Source: an uncultured delta proteobacterium (GTDB lineage Bacteria; Myxococcota_A; Polyangia; Polyangiales; Polyangiaceae). From it: DNA of 64,000 bases. The number at the start of each line of letters is the position of its first letter. Position 1 is the first letter of the stretch. The notes below the pieces were generated by a model that saw nothing but the letters and a program-made list of their open reading frames with translations, searched no databases and was not told the DNA's origin. The stretch is from the NCBI GenBank assembly GCA_963782055.1, contig CAWAIF010000003.1, positions 2,720,001-2,784,000 on the forward strand. Reading direction: 5' to 3'. Below are positions 9,981-19,475 of this stretch, one piece after another. A program made the position numbers and the translations under genes.

Positions 9981-11141
9981 ATGCACCCGTCGTGTGCGCC
10001 CGCGCGCACGCGCGCGGCGCCCATCGAGCTCGCGGACGTGGTGCGCGCCCACGGCGAGGCCTTCGCCGGCGGCCGCGTGCTGCGTCCCGAGGAGCGGTCG
10101 GCGCTGCGGGCGATCGAGCGATGCCGGACCGCCGCGCTGGGCGGACATCTGGACGTGTGCACCGCGTGCGGGCTCGAGCGACCGTCGTACAACTCGTGCC
10201 GCAACCGGCACTGTCCCAAGTGCCAGTCGCTCGCGCAGGCGCGGTGGGTCGCCACGCGGCTCGAGCGCATTCTGCCCGTGCACTACTTCCACGTCGTCTT
10301 CACGCTCCCCGCCGAGCTGCGCGCCGTCGCGCGGCGCTCGCGCGCGCGGGTCTTCGACATGCTCTTCGCGAGCGCGGCCGACACGCTGGCCACCCTCGCG
10401 CGGGATCCGAAGTGGCTCGGCGCCGAGCTCGGCGTCACGATGGTCCTGCACACCTGGACGCGCGCGCTGCTCTTCCACCCCCACGTGCACGCCATCGTCA
10501 CCGGCGGCGGACTCACCGGCGACGCCGCGCGCTGGGTGCGCGCGCGCCGTCGCTTCCTCTTCCCCGTGCGCGTGATGGGCGCGCTCTTTCGCGGCAAGAT
10601 GCTCGCCGCTCTCGAGCGCGCCCACGCGCGCGGCCTCGTCGACCTGGGCGGCGTCGACCTGCTGGCGCTCCGACGCAAGGCCTGGGTCGTCTACGCCAAG
10701 CGACCCTTTGGCGGCCCCGCTCAGGTCATCCGCTACCTCGGTCGCTACACGCACCGCGTCGGCATCTCCAACCACCGCTTCGTCTCGATGGGCGAGCGCG
10801 GCGTCACCTTCCGCACCAGAGACGGCAAGTCGGTCACCGTCCCGGCCGAGGAGCTGCTCGCGCGCTTCGTCCAGCACGTGCTGCCGCGCGGCTTCGTCAA
10901 GATCCGCCACTACGGCCTGCACTCCGCCAGCCACGCCACCACGCGCCTCGAGACCGCACGCCGCAGACTGGGTCCGCACGCGGCGCCCGCTGCGCGACCG
11001 GTGCGCCGTGCCGACGCCGCCGACCTGCTGCTGCGAATCGCGGGCATCGACCTGCGCCGCTGCCCCGCTTGCCACACGCCTGCCCTCGTGCGCACCGCGC
11101 TGCCGGAGCCCCGAGCTCGCGACCCGCCGGGGGCCGCATGA
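9981..11141 (+). CDS. IS91-family Y2 HUH transposase
   Basis: Zn finger (CxxC, SCRNRHCPKC), HPHVH HUH motif, YLGRY, IRHYG. Confidence 0.95.
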   Translation: MHPSCAPARTRAAPIELADVVRAHGEAFAGGRVLRPEERSALRAIERCRTAALGGHLDVCTACGLERPSYNSCRNRHCPKCQSLAQARWVATRLERILPVHYFHVVFTLPAELRAVARRSRARVFDMLFASAADTLATLARDPKWLGAELGVTMVLHTWTRALLFHPHVHAIVTGGGLTGDAARWVRARRRFLFPVRVMGALFRGKMLAALERAHARGLVDLGGVDLLALRRKAWVVYAKRPFGGPAQVIRYLGRYTHRVGISNHRFVSMGERGVTFRTRDGKSVTVPAEELLARFVQHVLPRGFVKIRHYGLHSASHATTRLETARRRLGPHAAPAARPVRRADAADLLLRIAGIDLRRCPACHTPALVRTALPEPRARDPPGAA

Positions 11142-11469
11142 TCTCCCCGCGTCGTGTTCCACTGCGCTCGCTCCACGAGTGCGGCGCAGGCCCCTGTCCA
11201 TCCGCGCCACGAAAACCCGCCCTCCGAGCACGCACGGCTGCCCGCTGCGCGCTCCGGGACGCCCGCGTCGAGCGCCGTCCCGCCGCCCGCTCCGCACCTC
11301 GCGCACCCGCACACGTGACCCACACGCCGCCAACTTCCCCATAGGGCTCCGAGGCCACCGCCTCGCCGCTGCCGCGCACCGGCTTCGTCCAACCGTCGAT
11401 TTCGCGACCGCGCACCCGCGCCACGCGACCGCCGCCGCGACCCGGCGCGCTCACGCAATCGACTCTTAC

Positions 11470-11518
11470 TTATGCGAAGTGGGGCCGTCCGGTGTCACTG
11501 GAAGGACGGACCAGGGTG
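11470..11518 (-). repeat. Repeat A copy 2, inner half
   Basis: TTATGCGAAGTGGGGCCGTCCGGTGTCACTGGAAGGACGGACCAGGGTG. Confidence 0.95.
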
Positions 11519-12672
11519 GCCTGATCGGTGGAGATGTGGAGCAGGTTGCCGCCGAGGAGGAGCGGGTGGGCGCTCACGGGAGGCACGACGCCCCCCTGGA
11601 CCATCGGCGGGTACCAGGAGACCGGCTCCGTCTTGCTCAACCCCCTGGTCGACACGTCCGGCTCCGGCCAGCCGCGGCACTGCAAGCCGCTGTGGCAGAC
11701 CCCGACCGGTGTCACCTTCGTGGAGTCCTCGCCCCACTTGCCGACCACGTCGTAGGTGGTGGTCGGATCGTCGGCGTCGGCGAAGGTGGAGGCGGCGTCG
11801 CCCAGGTCGCTGAGCTGCCAGGTGGCGCCGTTGAGCCAGTCGGCGCCGTTGTCCTGCGTGCCGATGAGCAGCCCACCGGGCGCGCCGGGCACGGTGGCGA
11901 TCGACTGGAGCTGGGTGATCTGCAGCCCGTACTGCGGCTGGTCGTCCCAGACGTCGGCGTTCAGATCGCCGACGAAGAACCCTCCGTCGTTGGCGTCGAA
12001 GCCGAGGAGGTTGCTCCCGTCGACGAACACGTAAAGATCGTGGTGGTCGGGGTGAAGCGCAGCGGCGGTGTTGGAGCCCATCTCGTTCCAGTCCACGCCC
12101 GAGTTGTCCGAGTAACCCAGCATCATCCCGGTGAACCAGAGCTTGGTCGCGTCGGTCGGATGCACGATCAGCTTGTGGCCATACGTGGAGTAGGTGCTGG
12201 GGGCGAGATCCAGGTCTGGCGGCGATTGGACGAACGCGCGCTGTTGCGTCCAGCTCTGCCCGCTGTCGGTGGACTTGTAGATCGCCGGCTGGCACCACCA
12301 GTTGCCCGTGGCCGTGAACCCGCTGGGGCACTGGGCGAGCGCCGCGTAGAGCGTGGAGGTCGTGCTCGGCGCGATGGCGATCTCCGCCCAGTCGGCGGCG
12401 TACTGGCCGCCCGTGAGCAGGGACGCGTCGATACCCGTGTTGATCGGCGTCCAGTTCGCGCCGCCGTCGGTGGACTTGTAGAACCCGGCGCTCTGCAGGC
12501 CCGCGTAGAGGGTCTGCGGATTGCCCGGATCCATCCGGAGCTCGGTCCCCTTGACGCCGGGCTGCCAGAGGACGCGCGACCAGCTCTGCCCGCTGTCGGT
12601 CGATTTGTAGATGCCGTAGCCGCCCGGGGGCGTGGTCTCCACGGTCCCATCGGATGCGCCCGTGACCTGCAT
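11519..12672 (-). pseudogene. Fragment of a BNR/Asp-box (VPS10/xyloglucanase-like) beta-propeller protein
   Basis: Repeated YKSTDxGxxW; LHPDHH, ANDGG, IGTQDNG; no signal peptide; cut by repeat A. Confidence 0.8.
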
Positions 12673-12747
12673 CGGGGGGAGGGGGGCCGGACGGTATGCG
12701 CATCCGGGGGGCGGATGGCGAGGGGGCGAGGAGGCCCTCGAAGGTGG

Positions 12748-12813
12748 CCGCCAATATTGGCGGTGCGGGTCGCCAATATTGGCGGGGGACAGGGAAGGGG
12801 ACAGAGGGGACAG
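12748..12813. repeat. Two tandem perfect palindromes followed by GGGGACAG repeats
   Basis: CCGCCAATATTGGCGG (12748-12763), CGCCAATATTGGCG (12771-12784), then 3x GGGGACAG. Confidence 0.85.
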
Positions 12814-12882
12814 GCCGCCAGGCGACGGCGGCCGCGGCATACCGCGTGACTCTCCCTGGCGCGGTGCGTGCAGCTCGGGGGC

Positions 12883-14271
12883 GTGGCCGGCGCGCCGTTC
12901 GTCTACGAGAGGCGACACCCCGAGGGCACCACGCTCTACGCGGTGGTGCGCGACAACGTCGAGACCCTCTACGCCGCGGTCGCCGAGAGCGGCCTCACGC
13001 TGCCCGCCTTCGTGCGCCAGGAGCTGGAGGGCTACCTGGACTGCGGCCTTCTCTGCCGGGGCTTCGCGCACCTCAAGTGCGAGGAGTGCGGCGAGCGGCG
13101 CGTTGTCGCCTTCGCGTGCAAGGGCCGGGGATTCTGCCCGTCGTGCATGGGGCGGCGCATGGCGCAGACGGCGGCCAACCTCATGGAGAGCGTGCTGCCG
13201 GAGGCCCCGCTGCGGCAGTGGGTGCTCACCATGCCGCACGCCATCCGGCATCGCCTCGCGTACAACGCCCCGCTGCTCGGCAAGGTGACGCGCGCCTTCC
13301 TCGCGACGGTGGTTGCATTCTACAAGAAGCGGGCGGGCGCGAGCGGCTGCGTCGCCGTCGTGCAGCGCACCTCGAGCGATCTCAAGCTCAACCCGCACGT
13401 GCACGCGGTGTTCCTGGACGGCGGGTACGTCGAGGTGGACGGCGAGCCGCGCTTCCGCGCCCTCGGCCACCTGCGAGGTAGCGAGGTCGCCGAGGTGCTC
13501 GCGAGGGCGCGCCGCCGCATCGAGCGGCTGCTCGCCCGCGCCCAGGAGCGTGCCGACGACGAGGACGTGCAGCCGATGCTCACCAGCGTGCGCGGCCACC
13601 CGCCCGCCGGCCCCGCGCTCCGCCGCGGCGCGACCTTCGGGGTGGGCTCCTCGCGCGCCGAGCTCTGCGCCCAGGACGAGGGCTTCAACCTGCACGCCGC
13701 CACCCGCGCCGGCGCCCTCGACGCCGCCGGGCGCGAGGCCCTCTTGCGCTACATCCTGCGTCCCCCCGTCGCCCAGGAGCGCATCGTCGCGGGACCGGAC
13801 AACCTGGTGCGCATCGCGCTCAAGAAGCCCTTCTCCGACGGCACCGTCGCCGTCGACATGGACCCCCTCTCGCTCCTCTTACGCCTCTGCGCCGCCGTCC
13901 CCGCGCCGCGTTTTCATACTGTCCGCTACGCCGGCGTGCTCGCGTCCGCCAGCAAGGTGCGCCCCAAGATCGTCCGCCGTCCACCCGACCCGGCGACGGC
14001 GACAGAGCACGACGACAAGCCGAAGCGCTCGCGCTACTGGCCGTGGGCGGAGCTCATGGCCCGGACGTTCGCGGTGGACGTGCAGAGGTGCCCGAAGTGC
14101 GAGGGCCGCATGAAGCTCGTGGCGATGGTGCAGGAGCCGCGCGGGATCAAGAGGTTCCTCGAGGGGCTCGGCGAGCCGCACGAGGTCCCGCCGCGCGCAC
14201 CGGCCCGCGCTCCTCCCTATTATCGCAGCGCCGTCATCCGCCGGATCGCCGGCGCCATCGTCGCCGCCTGA
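12883..14271 (+). CDS. ISCR/IS91-like HUH transposase, apparently intact (single catalytic Tyr type)
   Basis: YERRHPE, Zn finger (FACKGRGFCPSC), VQR...NPHVH HUH, GFNLHA, LLRYILRPP, VRYAGVLA. Confidence 0.92.
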   Translation: MAGAPFVYERRHPEGTTLYAVVRDNVETLYAAVAESGLTLPAFVRQELEGYLDCGLLCRGFAHLKCEECGERRVVAFACKGRGFCPSCMGRRMAQTAANLMESVLPEAPLRQWVLTMPHAIRHRLAYNAPLLGKVTRAFLATVVAFYKKRAGASGCVAVVQRTSSDLKLNPHVHAVFLDGGYVEVDGEPRFRALGHLRGSEVAEVLARARRRIERLLARAQERADDEDVQPMLTSVRGHPPAGPALRRGATFGVGSSRAELCAQDEGFNLHAATRAGALDAAGREALLRYILRPPVAQERIVAGPDNLVRIALKKPFSDGTVAVDMDPLSLLLRLCAAVPAPRFHTVRYAGVLASASKVRPKIVRRPPDPATATEHDDKPKRSRYWPWAELMARTFAVDVQRCPKCEGRMKLVAMVQEPRGIKRFLEGLGEPHEVPPRAPARAPPYYRSAVIRRIAGAIVAA

Positions 14272-14421
14272 CGCACTGCCCGGGCAGGCACCGGTGCGCG
14301 CGGGGACCGAAAATCAGCCGGCAAATGGCACCATCGAACCGCGGCGACCACGATGGGGACGTTCGGGCGCAGCAACATCACGCCGCCAGGACCGCCCCGA
14401 AGGGGCGCGGCTCGTGGAAAA

Positions 14422-14443
14422 CCGCGCTTGAATCCCGTACGCT
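14422..14443 (+). other. Putative oriIS end of the 12883-14271 element
   Basis: GCGCTTGAATCCCGTA|CGCT downstream of tnp; resembles the ISCR/IS91 oriIS terminus and truncates a neighbouring ORF. Confidence 0.65.
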
Positions 14444-14505
14444 CTCGCTGCTCGCAGGCACCGGCGTGCCTCGGTCTCGTCCTCGATCTTCCGTGCGCTC
14501 GCCAC
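14440..14505 (-). pseudogene. Short N-terminal gene fragment, possibly IS66 TnpA-like
   Basis: GGAGGT RBS + MASARKIEDETEARRCLRAARA, cut at the ori-like end. Confidence 0.4.
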
Positions 14506-14995
14506 TGGTCACCTCCGCGTCGTGCCCGAGCCTGCACGGCGCGCACGCGAAGATCATCCCGGCGTCGCTGATGGGTCACGCGCAGACCCACCGGCTCGGT
14601 GGCGAGCACGACCGACGCCGCGCTGCGATGTCGCGCACGCGGGCCCTCAGCTCCAGCTCGAAGCGCTCGCCCGCGCCGCTGGGATGCCTCGCGATCATGT
14701 GGCGCACGGCTGCCGCCAACGGGATCCGGATGGGCTTCGCCGAGCAAGGGTCGCCGGCTACGTCAGGACGGGGCAGCGCGAGACCTTGCCCTCAGCAGGG
14801 TCAGTGCTCGATGTCGCTGTGCTTCGCCCTGCCGGAGAAGAGCTGCACCCTTCGACAATCGCCGCGCAGAACATCACATCGTTGTAGATCAACAGGAGCC
14901 TTCCGCGTGACGACCCAGTCGGACCGCAACACCGCGCAGAACGTGAGTCAATTGCGGAGCGATTCCCAGCACCCGACGCCATGGGAGACCGCGGT

Positions 14996-16090
14996 TCAGT
15001 CACCGCCAAACGGCGGGTGTGACGCGACCCAGATGTCATACTTTCCGCCGCTCCCCGAGCGCTGACTGGTGAAGTAGAGGCTGCAGGAGTCCGGCGAGAT
15101 CCATCCTGGGATGTCCACACCCTGGTTGGAGGCAAGCTCCGTGACGACGGCGGCGTTCGCGAACAGGGAGCTCGTCGTGGCACGGTTCGCTACCCAGACG
15201 TCGCCTCCTTGATAGTAGTACAGCGTCAGCCCGTCGCCCGTCACCACGGGATGCGGGACATCCGCGACGCCCGACACGAACACTTGCACCGGCTTGGAGC
15301 ATGTCCCCTTGCCAGTGCAGTCCGCCTCGAAGAGAGGCAAGTCAGCGTTGTTGCCCTGCATGGTCAAGTACAACTTACTACCGTCCTCGGTCACATATGG
15401 CCACCGATGGAAGACGTTCGGCTGGCTGACGCCTGTCACCACCGACGGGGTGCCGAATGGCATCGCGGTGCTCGTGCGCTGGCTCACGAAGATGTCGAAG
15501 AATGACGCAGCGTCGAAGTCGTTCGACTCGAAGTACATCGTGAGCCCATCCGCCGTAACAGCCGGGGCGTCGTCTATGAGGGAGCCGTTGACGTTGCCGA
15601 CAGGCGCGACGTTGCCGAAGGCATCGCTCCTTGTCGCGCGGGTGGCCTGGTAGATGTCCACGCTCTGGTTGGCGTTCGCGCCGCGCGCGAAGTAGATCGT
15701 CAGCTCGTCGGGGCTGAGGGAGCCGACCAGCTCGTAGTCCGCCGTGTTGATGTTCCCGCCCAGCGGCGTCGGTGGCATGAAGGGCTTGCCCAGATCGCAC
15801 GGCGGCTGGCCCGAGTCGGTCGGCGCGGCGTGGTCACTTCCGTCCCCACTGGCGTCGAGGTCTGCATCGACCCCCGCGTCGAGGCCCGAGCAGTCGCATG
15901 CCGAGTATGCCGTCCCCGCCGCGTTGCAGACCTGGTACCCGGTGCAGCTCCCGGCGCCGACGCAACTGACCGACTGGTTCGGGATGCATGCCGGGGACGA
16001 CGACACGGGGGGATCGCCTCCGCCGCACTGGAACGCGAGGGCCGCGCCGACCGCCGCGGCGGTGAATAGGACAAGGTACTGTCTCGACAT
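14996..16090 (-). CDS. Lipoprotein with PD40/TolB-like beta-propeller repeats
   Basis: Signal peptide with Cys; repeated SPDELTIYF/TADGLTMYF/TGDGLTLYY; GGAGG RBS. Confidence 0.85.
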   Translation of the reverse strand: MSRQYLVLFTAAAVGAALAFQCGGGDPPVSSSPACIPNQSVSCVGAGSCTGYQVCNAAGTAYSACDCSGLDAGVDADLDASGDGSDHAAPTDSGQPPCDLGKPFMPPTPLGGNINTADYELVGSLSPDELTIYFARGANANQSVDIYQATRATRSDAFGNVAPVGNVNGSLIDDAPAVTADGLTMYFESNDFDAASFFDIFVSQRTSTAMPFGTPSVVTGVSQPNVFHRWPYVTEDGSKLYLTMQGNNADLPLFEADCTGKGTCSKPVQVFVSGVADVPHPVVTGDGLTLYYYQGGDVWVANRATTSSLFANAAVVTELASNQGVDIPGWISPDSCSLYFTSQRSGSGGKYDIWVASHPPFGGD

Positions 16091-16461
16091 GATGCCCTCC
16101 ATCGACCGGCCGCGATGATGGCTCGTCGCCACAACAACACAGAGCACGATCCCACTCGTGGCGCAAGGCGCGGGCCTGCGCTGCCGGCTGCCGGGGACCT
16201 GGTCGTTCCCGGTCCGGCAGCGTTCTCATGGCTGGAGGCGCGCCACCAAGGCCTCCCCACTGACCGCGACCGCGCGCGTGACGGTGCCGGACGGCAAGGT
16301 CATCGTGTCGGCGCGTGTCCGCGCAGCATCCGACCACCACGGAGTCCGGCCACGTGGGGAACGCAAGCCTCAGAAGATGTTCGCGCTGCTCTGCGACGAG
16401 CCGGAGCCGAAGCTCGCCAAGTTCTTCCCACCGGAATCGAACTGCGCGTCGCCTCACACCG

Positions 16462-16980
16462 TTAACGTTGAGTCTCACACGCGCGCGTGCAGGCATTGTG
16501 CACGGCATCGGCTCCGTCAAGGCAGCGTTGCAGAGCGCCTCCGCCATTCGCACACCACGCCCGTCGGCAGGTCCGACGAACCGTGCGAATGCACGTGTTG
16601 CGATCAGCGTTGTCCGCGGCAACGTCGGCTCTACAGTCCTCGAGAATCTGGGGTAGGTCTCCAAGGCACACATTCTCGCAGAACGCACGCGCCGCGAAAC
16701 CACGGCACACTACATGACATTTTTGCGTACGCTCGGTAGCGACGCTCGTACAACTCCCCACATCTTCGGGCGAACCGCATACGGCGTCACCGACCCGGCA
16801 GTATGCGTCGCAGGCGGTACACTCCATGCTCCTGACGAGCACCGGGCGTGCGCAGGCGTCGAGGCAACCAGCGCGACGCTTCCGCGCCACCAGCGCGTCC
16901 CGCTCGGCCATCGGCCTGCAGCCCCATAGACCGAGGGCGACGACGATAAGCAGCGCCGGAAAGGAGGTGACGCGACGCAT
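16462..16980 (-). CDS. Cys-rich lipoprotein
   Basis: LGLWGC lipobox; many CxxxC motifs. Confidence 0.6.
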   Translation of the reverse strand: MRRVTSFPALLIVVALGLWGCRPMAERDALVARKRRAGCLDACARPVLVRSMECTACDAYCRVGDAVCGSPEDVGSCTSVATERTQKCHVVCRGFAARAFCENVCLGDLPQILEDCRADVAADNADRNTCIRTVRRTCRRAWCANGGGALQRCLDGADAVHNACTRACETQR

Positions 16981-17007
16981 CCCAGTTAGCCGCGACATCA
17001 TCATGCG

Positions 17008-18459
17008 TCATGGATCGGTGTTGTCCGTGGCGCGCCGGCACCCGATCGTGAGCCCTTGATCACACGCCTTCGCATACAGCCGTTGAGCAGCTACCGCATC
17101 CGGTCGCGTTCCGACGCCGACCGCCGTGAGCCGCGCCAAAGTCAAGCACGCAGTCGACTCGCCCTCATTGCAGGCCAGATCGTCAAATGATACCGCGATG
17201 CTGGCGTCTCGTGAAGTTCCGATGCCAGCTTCGTAGACGCGGCCCACGTTGGCGCAAGCTTGCCCGAGTCCCTCCTGGCACGCCTTGATGTAGAGCTCTA
17301 CGGCGCGTGCAGCGAACCCGCATCCTGGTGTCCTCTCGTAGACTTGCGCCAAGTCGTTGCAGCCTCCCGCTCCGTCGCGGCCGCCATTCAAGCAGGCTCG
17401 TTTGTAGAGGCGAAGCGCCGTTGCCTCATCCCGCTCGACGCCGAACCCAACTTGGTAGAGCTGCGCAAGGTCCTCGCATCCTACCGGATCGTCATGAGCG
17501 CACGCGTGTCGATATAGCTCCGCGGCGCGGACTGGATTGAAGCTCACCGTAATGCCATGCTGGTAGGCAACGCCCAGGTTGACGCAGGCGCTCTCACCGC
17601 CCCCATGACCACACGCTCGCCGGTATAACTTGACTGCGCGCGCCGTGTCGACGGGTACACCGCGGCCGCTGTCATACAGCCACCCTAGATTGCCACATCC
17701 AACCATGTCACCCCCCGCGCATCCTCGCCAATAGCTCGTCGCCGCGCGAGCGTAATCCTGGATACCACCGCGCCCGCGTTCGAAGAGGGCGCCCAGGTTG
17801 CTGCAGGCGCGAGCCAGACCCCTGCCGCAAAGCGAATCGTAGAGGAGTGCCGCTTGCGGCACATCGCGACTGTCATCGTCGTAGAGCCACGCGAGTTGGA
17901 GGCAGGCCTCGACGTCGCCGGCGTTGCATGTAGCCTGCTGGATGGTGATGGCGTGATCAACGTCTCGCGGGACACCAAGCCCCCCCGCATAATCAATTCC
18001 CAAACGCCTACATCCAACGATCTGTCCCCCGTAGCAAGCACGTTGATTGAGGCGCGCGGCGCGTTTGAGATCGGTGCTCACACCAATGCCGTTCGCGCAG
18101 AGCCACCCCAGGTCCAGACAGCCTTCGGCGTCGCCAAGCTGGCACCCCCGCTCGTCGAGTTCGGCCGCCTGCTTATCGTCTCGACTGACGACAATACCTT
18201 GTAGATAAAGCGATCCCGCCGCCGTACAACTCCCTGCGACGCCGCGGGAGCATTCCAACTGGAGAATGGTGAGGGAAGGGGCGCGCGGGCCGCGCGCCGC
18301 GGTGCTAGCAGTTCCCCTGCAGCATCCAGACGCATCGGGGTTCTCGCCGGACCGACAGAGCGAGCTACATGTCACCGCCTGTCCCTGAGCGGCTGAAGCA
18401 CCGAGCAACGGAAGGAGAAATGCCAGGGGCCAAAGGGGAGGGGAACAGCGCATTCTCAC
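17008..18459 (-). CDS. Secreted Sel1-like repeat protein (Cys-rich, Hcp-like)
   Basis: Signal peptide; about 11 repeats of CxxLGxxYxxGxGVxxDxxxAxxLYxRAC. Confidence 0.9.
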   Translation of the reverse strand: MRMRCSPPLWPLAFLLPLLGASAAQGQAVTCSSLCRSGENPDASGCCRGTASTAARGPRAPSLTILQLECSRGVAGSCTAAGSLYLQGIVVSRDDKQAAELDERGCQLGDAEGCLDLGWLCANGIGVSTDLKRAARLNQRACYGGQIVGCRRLGIDYAGGLGVPRDVDHAITIQQATCNAGDVEACLQLAWLYDDDSRDVPQAALLYDSLCGRGLARACSNLGALFERGRGGIQDYARAATSYWRGCAGGDMVGCGNLGWLYDSGRGVPVDTARAVKLYRRACGHGGGESACVNLGVAYQHGITVSFNPVRAAELYRHACAHDDPVGCEDLAQLYQVGFGVERDEATALRLYKRACLNGGRDGAGGCNDLAQVYERTPGCGFAARAVELYIKACQEGLGQACANVGRVYEAGIGTSRDASIAVSFDDLACNEGESTACLTLARLTAVGVGTRPDAVAAQRLYAKACDQGLTIGCRRATDNTDP

Positions 18460-18678
18460 ATGATAGCTCAGGCGCGCTCACGGGCAAAGGGCGTCCGGTG
18501 GCCTCCGTAGAACTCGTTAGGCTCCCAGTCGCGGTTGACACCCGCTCCAGTCGGAGCCCACGGAAGGCTGCAGGCTCCGCCCGCACGCAGATGTCGGCAG
18601 ATGTTCACTGCTGTCGCACCGGGCGGCCTCGCGAAGGGGGTGCGTGGTGGCGGGGCGGGCCACTCGAACGCTCGAGCG

Positions 18679-18775
18679 CATAGGAAATCCTAGCGCGGTC
18701 GGGCGCGAAAGTTTACGGAATCCATCTTATGCGAAGTGGGGCCGTCCGGTGTCACTAGAAGGACGGACCAGGGTG
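18679..18775 (-). repeat. Repeat A copy 3 (intact, 97 bp)
   Basis: Uninterrupted unit; dif-like site at 18710-18737. Confidence 0.97.
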
Positions 18776-18816
18776 GGTCCCTGGACACAGACACACGACG
18801 CGATCTCCCGAGCGTT

Positions 18817-18833
18817 TGTCAATGCTATTGACA
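18817..18833. promoter_or_regulatory. Operator-like palindrome containing TTGACA
   Basis: TGTCAAT-gct-ATTGACA; no properly spaced -10 found. Confidence 0.3.
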
Positions 18834-18906
18834 TGAGAAACCGCGCAGAATCCGCGGCCAAACGTCCCTGGAAACCGACACCGCGTCATGGACAACGAAG
18901 CGTGCG

Positions 18907-19470
18907 TCAAGTTCGAGTCTTTTTGGGTCGCGGATCGGCGTCGCTCTGGCTTGGCACGCTGAACACTTGGATATCTCCTCGACCAGAACGATCAATCACC
19001 AGTCGTCCAGCACCGTCGAGCAGTCCTTCGCCGTCGAAGACGAGCCCTTGCCCCGCTGCGGCTACGGCAAAGATCAGCGCGTAGTGTTCATCAGAAAAGA
19101 ACGGCTCTCCGACGCAGCCCAGAATCGTGTTGGCCCCATCCAAAATGTGCATCGCCTCGTCACGCTGCGCCTTCCGTTTCCTGACGTCCTGAAAAAAGGT
19201 GGTTGTGCCGAGAATCACTCGATTGAACTTTCCGCGGGCACCACTCGTGCCACCCCCGACATAGCGGGAAAGGTTGATGGTCATCTTCGCGTCTTGGCTG
19301 AACAGCACCGCCTTCTTCCACTCACCATCCTTCGAGGGCCCGCGGCGGCTCAAGCCGAACCGTTGCGCACTGGCTTCGACCAAGCGGCGCACCTCCTCCG
19401 CTTCTGCCTCGCAGAATATCGTGCAGACATCTGTGAATCGTTCGTACTCCTCAGCCGCGCGCCTTCCCAT
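18907..19470 (-). CDS. Putative immunity protein of the upstream Rhs toxin
   Basis: Starts 5 bp after the toxin stop; lower GC; family not recognised. Confidence 0.65.
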   Translation of the reverse strand: MGRRAAEEYERFTDVCTIFCEAEAEEVRRLVEASAQRFGLSRRGPSKDGEWKKAVLFSQDAKMTINLSRYVGGGTSGARGKFNRVILGTTTFFQDVRKRKAQRDEAMHILDGANTILGCVGEPFFSDEHYALIFAVAAAGQGLVFDGEGLLDGAGRLVIDRSGRGDIQVFSVPSQSDADPRPKKTRT

Positions 19471-19475
19471 TCCGC

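Larger units (their letters stand above)
8949..11469 (+). mobile_element. Tyrosine recombinase + IS91-family (Y2) transposase element inserted into repeat A
   Basis: Removing it restores an intact repeat A (…TCCATC|TTATGCGAAGT…); 26-bp inverted repeats at 8949-8974 and 11367-11392. Confidence 0.92.

Noticed and set aside
11470..13695. 741-aa ORF as one gene
   Set aside because: It joins the antisense of the transposase, the palindrome region and the BNR fragment.
18710..18737. The true chromosomal dif site
   Set aside because: It is multi-copy, lies inside a mobile unit and has a degenerate XerD-like arm; terminus position cannot be judged from this window.
18727..18760. Outward sigma70 promoter in repeat A (GTGACA...TAAGAT on the minus strand)
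   Set aside because: Spacing is 20 nt; not supportable without transcript data.
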